A DNA stretch of 63,958 nucleotides, filler included, from Babesia bigemina (taxonomy: Eukaryota), in NCBI RefSeq assembly GCF_000981445.1. It is 8 parts of 8 records of this genome, joined end to end, with 100 filler letters (N's around TTAATTAATTAA, not from the genome) between each part and the next. Parts side by side here need not be neighbours in the genome. Positions count along the whole stretch, not along the records: positions 51,009 to 61,735 come from NW_012237253.1; positions 61,836 to 63,958 come from NW_012237263.1; 6 more parts are not named here. The stretch is one strand, 5' to 3'. The notes under the pieces were generated by a model, which was not told where the DNA came from, searched no databases, and was given only the letters and a program-made list of their open reading frames with translations. The translations under genes were made by a program, and so were the position numbers. Positions 56,401-63,958 of this stretch are shown here, piece by piece. Within the stretch, counting starts at the first letter, position 1. The number at the start of each line of letters is the position of its first letter.

Positions 56401-59400
56401 AGGCGTCAACCAAGCATACGCCGATCTGCAATCCCACTCCTATACCATCACTTCCAGACTCACCGAGCTGTGTTCCGCCATCAAGTCAGCTGCCGAGCTG
56501 GATCCTGATAGTGCGAAAAAAAAATTAACTGAGTTGAAGGAGAAGTATTTCGAGGAACAAACGAAAACTAGCAAACATGCGGACAAAAGCATCAAAAAGA
56601 TTCGCGACCAACTGAAAGCGCTCCAAAACTTTCTGCAGAGTGGTCCCATCACCAAGGCCGACAGCGTGATTGCATTCCTTTCTACTGCCGAAAAAAGCTT
56701 CAAGAAGGAACTGACGGAAGAGATCGACAAGGACATCAAACAGGTCACCGAGAAACTAATCACCCATTCGCGCAAGCAATACGTCACGTCTCTTATGGAC
56801 TTGCTGACCACTTTCGCCGACAGAGTTTCCTCTGAGCTGGCGGAGCTGCCAACCCAAATCGGCGCGGACCTGGAACAGGGGCACAAAAAATTCATGAACT
56901 TATTTGAAACTAACATCGTTACTGAAGTTAAGAAGATCCTTCCTATCAATACCGATCACAGAGGCAAGAATGAGTTCCCGCTGAACAAGGCGGCAAGCAT
57001 ATTTAAACAGGGTTTAACAAGTTTCTTCAAAACTTTGAAAGAGCTACCAGACTTCAAGTCCGACTTCAACTTTATTCGACCTCCATACAGCACGCTGGTA
57101 AAATTGCTTACCGGAATCATTAGTTCCCTTCACTTCAACGACGACTTCATCGTGAACTTGGATGCACTGAGAGACCAGCTGAGTAAGTTTCATCCTGCCA
57201 AGTTCGGGGAGGGACAGAATCATTTCATTCTAGAAGCGCTGAGGAAAGCGTTTTCTAATTATGCTGAGGAGCTGTCCAAGGCCTACATCTCCGCCTACGA
57301 CGGCGCTGGCAATATCAACTGGGATCAAGAAAACAACCCGGAGACCACATACTGCGCTAAGATATTCTTGACCGCTTTTTCCACAATTCACGATGCTGTG
57401 CATGACTTGAGAATAAATTGCAATAGTCTGAAGGGACATCAAATTCACTCGACCTCTGATCTCGGCAGGTTGTTCCTACGGCACGGCTTCAGAGTATCAC
57501 ACGGCGACAAACAGCACTGGGAGCTGCAGAACAAGCAGATCATTAACGGTGAATACGTCCTTAAGAGAATCAGTTTCAGGGTCGATGGTGCGAAAGAGAA
57601 CGAGCATCTCAAGGAGTGTGAATCGAATGAACGAAAGACGAACTATTTTTTTAATCTTTTCGATATTCTCACCTGCCTTCTGTATCACATTGAGAAGTAC
57701 AACGAGGTTTGCCATATTGGCACTTTTGATGCAAAGAGACAGCCATGTTCAGTATATGAGATGCTGATTTGGCTCAGCGGCCTGACTCACAACCGCGTGC
57801 AGTCCGCCATGGTCGGACAAACGTTCCTTGAGCTACTGAAAGATCCAGCGAAGGAGGCTAGAGAGGCGCAACAAGAAGAGGAAGTGGACGAACCTATAGT
57901 CCTAGAAGTGGACCCAGCATCTATATCCCTCGAAGCATACCCGAAGAACATAGAATTTGTCAGACTTGACGCGACACTGACACGTATATGTTCAAAAGCG
58001 TACGATCTTATTTGCACAATCGTTGGACCGGGAGACGAATACACTACCTACGGGTGTGACTACTCCAACAATTCGTTCAAGCTGAAGTATCCCAGTGACC
58101 CTGCCGCTTGCTTCGACATGCTCGTCGATATACTTCGCCGACTACTTCCGCAGCTCAGATATCTTTTTAACCGCTGTTATGTCGATGCCGAAAACCACGG
58201 TTGGCGCGACTGCGAATACGGTCGAACCACACGTACGACCAAATGGCCGTGCAAGGAGCACTCAAAGAGCAAACCAACGTGCCAGGCAACGTGTCAACCA
58301 AATGACCAACCAAAGTGCCAACCAACTTCCCCCCTAATGAGCTATTTGAACGATTGCTTGCCTGGCCACTTGCCTCATCAATTGAGCTCTATTGGTTGCA
58401 AATACGAATGTTTGACATGCCCTTCCACTTCGAAGTTTGGAATGCCTTGTATGACGCCCTTGGGATTTAGGGCGTTCTCCGGATCGACTAAAACGGGTCG
58501 TGATATATGTGAAATACTCCGGCAATTTTTCGGTACTGGCCGACTCTCATCTTTCCTTTGCCTTGTTCCTACGCCGCCGAAAACTCTACCAGAGCACTTC
58601 AACTTCGCTCTATCGCTCGTACGAGAATGGGAAGCTATCGCTACACGCTGGTATGAAAAGCCTATCGAACAATCGATTGAGACAGTTTCTATCGGTCTCT
58701 TTAGAAATCCCCGTGAGCTGACAGATGCACTTCGTTATGTTTATGGCAGCAGCCAAAATAACCATGGCGCTTTTCACCCAAATCCCTCGTCGGCTGATGT
58801 GTCAAGTTTGTCGATGCGGAAGGTATGTACTGGTATAGAGGAGCACTGTGCTCCATATATCGAAACTCTTTGTTCGGATTCATACGCTTACTTACCTTAC
58901 AAGCATTCCGACACGTACTTGTCCTGGGCTGTATATCTCCCATGGACATTCTGGCAATTACTTAACAATTTGTATAACGCTTTCTGTAATATTAATTGCC
59001 AAGACTGGGGCTGTCGTGAATGTTTGAAAGGCGACAAGTGTAAACGTGGACAACATGGTCTTTTCAAATTGGTTGAAAAAACCAAGCAACCTCACTGCCA
59101 GTGTTCGTCTATCGTCAGTTGCAATGGTGTGTCTCCAACTTTGTATCAATATGGATTTAGTTTCGGTGATGTATCTATGTTGAATAACAATAGCAGCAGG
59201 AAAACCTGTTCCGATTTCTGCACTCAATTAAAGAGAGTGCTTGACTGCAGTTATTTCAAGACATTGTTTACAAAATGCGACGAATTCATCTTCACCATCA
59301 GAGAGCCGTTTATATGGCTTAACGTCGCGCTCTGGTCACTATCTCTCTTCTACCTCATCTGCGTCATGGTTGGCAGACTGGATGTGCTGCACATCCGGTC

Positions 59401-59500
59401 ACACCTGAGGATACCGTCATCGCACAAGATAACGGCGCAATCATTGTTGGCGGCGGCGCAAGTCGGAAGGCTTGCCAAGATATCGTACCTACAGCCGTAA
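53477..59500 (+). CDS. ves1: Full-length VESA/ves1-like variant surface antigen (2007 aa from ATG)
   Basis: AAAATG start; MRHVPKKLTDCPENLRESIDWLIQV N-terminus; SDLDRL motif; Cys-rich domain; TM helix; tail KISYLQP. Confidence 0.92.
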   Translation: MRHVPKKLTDCPENLRESIDWLIQVRYGNGGDGLTKLSKALKKLIEEAINNATKSLTTEKSKLECPFKYSDKETYCQYYQRLHDEAEKKFKESKKTVENIPDNHSINFYKTCLEDCKNAHKKHPPSPALKSVEEKIVQLGELAGKLGGFVGESESVKKAVVKAIKACFDTNPHLKKDLNDVYSSYVTKLSESVKSDGQADDNQKISELSEAVKKEITLITQRINSLNNPLNPSPSSPSASAESAKLQSKLEALKKVEKLCGFYENSNNQQNEPKNLLDNLCDGLQTFLGFNSASKGYDGSGIVYSDLDRLSDGVMAFFYGVLSNIKEHLGQHKNILDNAISILNTNKHLGKKGFNAAIGQVVEGVRGYNDAVMKSNNNVKNVVEELYNYIKKDAAFENEFVKIQVDNVTGKPDDAEVRKAENLVTQCLKNANKFNEALDVSTKKEIKKSIDDLNPKLRDNVNNVRESVKIETERLTEFSSKEKSDLRETTEYISELLKNLKVNVDCKIDAHIKDLIRRIREKVQTILDELNKINKDFWQYVNELGTWIKDAEPFVDDALRKIEIILRQVSSDGADQRPRLINETAELIRMQAQIIHGDVELARERMEKLVPEATKKVEQLTTWKNAGTTAVERAKQKCEQIGGMVETENGTKDKIHGIANDMKDKAENLRKAAHKVKSGIDGWVQQATRKIGELEEWIKKELFKVKNNIQVSIKDFVTNQVKSVVNAAKHVTGPVTLNTNGDTRPGITQLINEVGQTTQFGKLFKLLERSADDKDNIAFSIEYAMYALNKLNSKTSIELDDKNPVVKALTDDLVGLLNVHLHDAITRRATTNSQTESQINLNDTMSGYNREKGKVTMELTGLKRNVETNLTAEESVKQTIEDNNSFTGPFTKIEQQLQKIAGLVDSDKPTPGLVDPKTGVKNYLDDITTLLGKAPVVLTSDIKGDHNGVQGLEKIKEEIDGALGGIQTKVTDALQGVNQAYADLQSHSYTITSRLTELCSAIKSAAELDPDSAKKKLTELKEKYFEEQTKTSKHADKSIKKIRDQLKALQNFLQSGPITKADSVIAFLSTAEKSFKKELTEEIDKDIKQVTEKLITHSRKQYVTSLMDLLTTFADRVSSELAELPTQIGADLEQGHKKFMNLFETNIVTEVKKILPINTDHRGKNEFPLNKAASIFKQGLTSFFKTLKELPDFKSDFNFIRPPYSTLVKLLTGIISSLHFNDDFIVNLDALRDQLSKFHPAKFGEGQNHFILEALRKAFSNYAEELSKAYISAYDGAGNINWDQENNPETTYCAKIFLTAFSTIHDAVHDLRINCNSLKGHQIHSTSDLGRLFLRHGFRVSHGDKQHWELQNKQIINGEYVLKRISFRVDGAKENEHLKECESNERKTNYFFNLFDILTCLLYHIEKYNEVCHIGTFDAKRQPCSVYEMLIWLSGLTHNRVQSAMVGQTFLELLKDPAKEAREAQQEEEVDEPIVLEVDPASISLEAYPKNIEFVRLDATLTRICSKAYDLICTIVGPGDEYTTYGCDYSNNSFKLKYPSDPAACFDMLVDILRRLLPQLRYLFNRCYVDAENHGWRDCEYGRTTRTTKWPCKEHSKSKPTCQATCQPNDQPKCQPTSPLMSYLNDCLPGHLPHQLSSIGCKYECLTCPSTSKFGMPCMTPLGFRAFSGSTKTGRDICEILRQFFGTGRLSSFLCLVPTPPKTLPEHFNFALSLVREWEAIATRWYEKPIEQSIETVSIGLFRNPRELTDALRYVYGSSQNNHGAFHPNPSSADVSSLSMRKVCTGIEEHCAPYIETLCSDSYAYLPYKHSDTYLSWAVYLPWTFWQLLNNLYNAFCNINCQDWGCRECLKGDKCKRGQHGLFKLVEKTKQPHCQCSSIVSCNGVSPTLYQYGFSFGDVSMLNNNSSRKTCSDFCTQLKRVLDCSYFKTLFTKCDEFIFTIREPFIWLNVALWSLSLFYLICVMVGRLDVLHIRSHLRIPSSHKITAQSLLAAAQVGRLAKISYLQP

Positions 59501-59667
59501 TTGTATTCACACTTCTAATTCACAGCAACTCACGTAACAACTCACCTACTCACCTAACAAACAAACGTAGTCTAATGTCTCGAATTACTCTAGCGGCAAC
59601 CTGTGAAATAAATAGCAGCTAAATTAGGAGATGACTAAACGACAATGCAACGTGTTAACCTAGCAGT

Positions 59668-59785
59668 CAGGCAAAGTGATAAGCTAGCGCCCAGGCAAAG
59701 TGCTGAGCTAGCAACCAGGCAAAGTGCTAAGCTAGCACGCAGGCAAAGTGCTAAGGTAGCACACAAGCTAAGTGCTAAGGTAGCG
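59668..59785 (+). repeat. 24-bp tandem repeat x5 (CAGGCAAAGTGCTAAGCTAGCACG)
   Basis: Direct reading; 8-aa periodicity in ORF 59635-59817. Confidence 0.85.
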
Positions 59786-60292
59786 GATGAACCGTAATTT
59801 GGTGGGTGTTGTAGCACGTCGGTTGGTTGTTGCGTTGAGTTACGCGTTGACTGTGAGAGGTGTCTGCGTTGCCCATTGAGTCAGTGTCACGTGAGGCTAG
59901 GTGATTTGTAGCTAACGTAGGCGGCCGTGAGGGCCGCGGCGGGTGACCCAAGTCGTGTGTTGCGAGTCACTGGCAGGGTGGCGTAATCCGCGTTGGCCTG
60001 GTTAGGTAGCGTTTATAGGCGACAATGTAGCGATCGTTAATATCACATTTAGGCACGTAGCCGACACGCTCCGCCAGCATGGCGTCTTTACCGCGGCTCG
60101 TAGCACGGTGCTGCTGCACTGTGGGAGTTGAACGCACGGGGTTCGCTGCAATTTTAACCGTGTTGCGAATAGTGAATAATTTAGATTGGCGGTTGGTGCT
60201 GATGACATGCGTCGCGTCAGGGCAGCTGTGGTATCCCGGGCAGCGTGGGTGTCGGAGCCAGGGCTGGGGGGATACAGGGGTGAGGGTGAGTG

Positions 60293-60990
60293 TTGATGAG
60301 GGGACTGGGAGCGGCAGTGGTAGTGTTGCAGTTGGTGAGTGCTGCTTGAGTGATTGATGTTCGCAGGCTGAGGGGAGTGGGAGCGGCAGTGGTACGTGTT
60401 GCAGTTGGTGAGTGCTGCTTGAGTGACTGATATGTCTGCAGGTTGAGGGGACTGGGAGCGGCAGTGGTACGTGTTGCAGTTGGTGAGTGCTGCTTGAGTG
60501 ACTGATATGTCTGCAGGTTGAGGGGACTGGGAGCGGCAGTGGAACGTGTTGCAGTTGGTGAGTGCTTGCATAGGTGATTGATATGTTTGCAGGTTGAGTG
60601 ACTGGGAGCGACAGTGGTGCGTGTCGCAGTTGGTGAGTGCTTGCTTGAGTGATTGATATGTCTGCAGGTTGAGGGGACTGGGAGCGGCAGTGGTAGTGTT
60701 GCAGTTGGTGAGTGCTGCTTAGGTTATTGATATGTTTGCAGGTTGAGGGGACTGGGAGCGGCAGTGGTACGTGTTGCAGTTGGTGAGTGCTGCTTAGGTG
60801 AGTGATATGTTCGCAGGTTGAGGGGACTGGGAGCGGCAGTGGTACGTGTTGCAGTTGGTGAGTGCGTTGCTTGAGTGATTGATATATTCGCCGGTTGAGG
60901 GGACTGGGAGCGGCAGTGGTAGTGTTGCAGTTGGTGAGTGCTTGCTAGGTGATTGATATGCTTGCAGGTTGAGGGGAGTGGGCGCGGCAG
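60293..60990 (+). repeat. ~75-bp tandem repeat, 9-10 units
   Basis: GACTGGGAGCGGCAGTGG recurs at e.g. 60450 and 60525; 25-aa periodicity in ORF 60002-60571. Confidence 0.93.
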
Positions 60991-61260
60991 CGATGACAGG
61001 GGACTCAGCAGCGATGACATGGTCACGGCAGCGATGACATGGTCACGGCAGCGATGACTGGTTACGGCAGCGATGACAGGGGACTCAGCAGCGATGATAT
61101 GGTCACGGCAGCGATGACATGGACACGGCAGCGATGACATGGTCACGGCAGCGATGACATGGTCACGGCAGCGAGGACATGGTTAAGGCAGCGATGACAT
61201 CAACACGGCAGCGGTGACATCAACACGGCAGCGATGACATGGTCACGGCAGCGATGACAG
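60984..61260 (+). repeat. 20-bp satellite
   Basis: Direct reading. Confidence 0.94.
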
Positions 61261-61280
61261 TGACACAAGTGGTGATTATT

Positions 61281-61735
61281 ACCCACTCCACATCGCTCCT
61301 TAACCCACTCTACATCGCTCCCTAACCCACTCTACATCGCCCCTTTATCCACTCTGCATCGCCCCTTTATCCACTCTGCATCGCCTTTTTATCCACTCTG
61401 CATCGCTCCCTTATCCACTCTACATCGCTCCCTAACCCACTCTACATCGCTCCCTAACCCACTCCACATCGCCCCTTAATCCACTCTACATCGCCCCTTT
61501 ATCCACTCTACATCGCTCCTTTATCCACTCTACATCGCCCCTTTATCCACTCTACATCGCCCCTTTACCCACTCTACACCGCTCCTTATCCACTCTACAT
61601 CGCCCCTTTATCCACTCTACATCGCCCCTTAACACACTCCACATCGCCCCTTCACCCACTCCACATCGCCCCTTTATCCACTCTACATCGCTCCCTTATC
61701 CACTCCACATCGCTCCTTACTCCACTCTACATCGC
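61281..61735 (+). repeat. ~22-bp satellite
   Basis: Direct reading. Confidence 0.96.
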
Positions 61736-61835
61736 NNNNNNNNNNNNNNNNNNNNNNNNNNNNNNNNNNNNNNNNNNNNTTAATTAATTAANNNNNNNNN
61801 NNNNNNNNNNNNNNNNNNNNNNNNNNNNNNNNNNN
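61736..61835. other. Assembly linker
   Basis: N-TTAATTAATTAA-N. Confidence 0.98.
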
Positions 61836-63162
61836 CCAGATCAACATTTTTTTCGGCATCATCTATTAGATTCTCCGCCTGCTCCATCCATTTGCGTAAT
61901 GATTCGATATGGTCCCGAAACCTAGTGCCAAGGCTCTCCAGCTGACCGAGAATCTCTCTCACTGATTTTTTCAATTGCTCCACAAGATCCTTTATATGCT
62001 TATCAATTGTCGTATGTAAACGCTTCTTAAGCTCATCTATCTCTGCATATAAAAAATCTTTCGTCGCCGTTAACTCCTCACGTTCCTTCTTAGACAGCTC
62101 AGTGAGACGCTTAGTCTCATGCTCTATCGTCACACGTACATTTTCGATCTTTTCACGTAAGCTACTATTAAGATCATTAATCGCGTTTCTATTATCAATG
62201 GAATTTGTGTTAATATCTAAATCATTTGTGAAGCTCTCAGCATATTCCCAGCACTCACCCAACCTCTCTTTAACCGCCAGTTCTGCTTGTCCTATTTGCT
62301 TGGAATTACCTGCAACAGCATTAACTATAGTTATTTCACTCACCTTATTTTCAAGCTGCTGCATATTGCTCTGCATTGTAGTTACAATGCTTCTAACTCT
62401 ATTGTTAGACTGCTGCACTTCCCTGTTATACTCCGCGATGCCAGCAGGCAACACGGTGAAAAGCTTCTTAAAACCCTCGTGCCCTGAGCAAAGATGTTTG
62501 TTAATTTCATCACTTACCGAATTTAATGTATTTTTACCGACATTGTATGTCTGAGTGTTTTTCACCGCCTCAAGCACACCACTCAAAAACGCCATCACCC
62601 CGTCGCACAGCCTATCAAGGTCAGAGTACACAATCCCAGTGCCGGTGTAGCCTTTGGTAGCAGAGTTGAAGCCGAGGAATTTTTCGAGGCCGGAACAGAG
62701 GTTCTCTAAAAGGTCTTTACAATTGTTTTTTTCAGTCAATCCAGTAAGACTCTCTTTGAGCTTTTTAACCTGCTCCAACTTGGAGTCAATGTCCTGCAAA
62801 GCTTTCTTAGTAGCATCGTCATAACGACGGGAGTGGGAATCGGAGCATGATTTTACAGCAGTTTTATATAGCTCTAAATTTGACGCATTATTAGATTTCT
62901 GGTTATTTTCAGGTTTTTCAGCTTCCTTAATCAGCTTACCAAAATACTGGCAAGTGGACTCATTTCCCTTATACTTAACAGGGCATTCAAGTTTATCTTT
63001 TTCGGCTTGGAGGGACTTTTCAGCCTTCTCAATAGCCTCCTCAATCAACTTTTTCAAAGCTTGAGACAACTTGGTAAGCCCTTCATCACCTTGACCATTC
63101 CCATACCTAACCTGGATCAACCAGTCGATGGACTCAGTCAGAAGGTGAGGGAAGGGTGACAA
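61836..63162 (-). CDS. ves1: 5' part of ves1-like cassette (class A junction), 3' end lost in gap
   Basis: LLTESIDWLIQVRYGNG...GIVYSDLDRLCDGVMAF; first ~75 aa nearly identical to the 1400 copy. Confidence 0.82.
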
Positions 63163-63226
63163 GGCACAAGTTATTATTGTGGTCTAAAGAGGTCATAGCG
63201 GTATTATGGCAAGGTGATTCAAGGGA
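63138..63226 (-). promoter_or_regulatory. Cassette leader (class A) with uORF MTSLDHNNNLCLVTLPSPSD*
   Basis: Homologous to 1342-1431. Confidence 0.6.
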
Positions 63227-63958
63227 TGTAGAGTGGATAAAGGGGCGATGTAGAGTGGATAAAAGGGCGATGTGGAGTGGATAAAGGGGCGATGAAGGGT
63301 GGGTAAAGGGGCGATGTAGAGTGGATAAAGGAGCGATGTAGAGTGGGTTAAGGAGCGATGTAGAGTGGGTTAAGGGGCGATGTGGAGTGGGTTAAGGGGC
63401 GATGTAGAGTGGATAAAACAGCGATGTAGAGTGGATAAAGGAGCGATGTAGAGTGGGTTAGGGAGCGATGTGGAGTGGGTAAAGGGGCGATGTAGAGTGG
63501 GTTAGGGAGCGATGTGGAGTGGTTTAAGGGGCGATGTAGAGTGGATAAAGGAGCGATGTAGAGTGGGTTAAGGGGCGATGTGGAGTGGATAAGGGAGCGA
63601 TGTAGAGTGGATTAAGGGGCGATGTAGAGTGGGTTAAGGAGCGATGTAGAGTGGGTTAAGGAGCGATGTAGAGTGGGTTAAGGAGCGATGTAGAGTGGAT
63701 AAAGGGGCGATATAGAGTGGGTTAAGGAGCGATGTAGAGTGGGTTAGGGAGCGATGTAGAGTGGATTAGGGAGCGATGTAGAGTGGTTAAAGGGGCGATG
63801 TAGGGTGGATAAGGGAGCGATGTAGAGTGGATTAGGGAGCGATGTAGAGTGGGTAAAGGGGCGATGTAGAGTGCGTTAAGGAGCGATGTAGAGTGGGTTA
63901 GGGAGCGATGTAGAGTGGGTTAAGGCGCGATGTAGAGTGGATAAAGGGGCGATGTAGA
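63226..63958 (-). repeat. ~22-bp satellite
   Basis: Direct reading. Confidence 0.96.

Noticed and set aside
55633..56949. Antisense and alternate-frame ORFs of 60-200 aa inside ves genes
   Set aside because: Shadow ORFs of the long coding frames; not conserved between paralogs
44061..59500. Apparent head-to-head ves pair resembling the B. bovis LAT arrangement (also other orientation flips)
   Set aside because: The genes are on different contigs separated by the 50909-51008 linker; every orientation change in the window coincides with a gap
60293..60990. CRISPR-like appearance of regularly spaced repeats
   Set aside because: No unique spacers, no cas genes, eukaryotic context

Overview
Eukaryotic piroplasm DNA, most likely Babesia of the B. 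ovata/B. bigemina group (judged from protein motifs; species not proven). The window is 8 contigs joined by seven artificial 100-nt N-TTAATTAATTAA-N linkers, so order and orientation across gaps are unreliable. It is almost entirely a ves (variant erythrocyte surface antigen, VESA-like) locus with 10 large ORFs (7 running from their 5' junction to a stop, 3 cut by gaps) plus one orphan leader. Within each contig the copies are head-to-tail units with one grammar: ~22-bp satellite > conserved leader > ves ORF with a defective 5' end > conserved ~125-bp 3' element > 12-bp satellite > 20-bp satellite > next 22-bp satellite. Only 53477-59500 has a native ATG and full N-terminus, unique upstream DNA and a distinct C-terminal tail. 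It is followed by 24-bp and 75-bp repeats that run into the cassette spacer repeats. Every cassette with a visible 5' end is blocked for translation from its leader ATG, while the downstream kilobases stay open. This suggests a satellite-delimited archive of silent donor cassettes serving one expression-competent gene (an inference, not shown).
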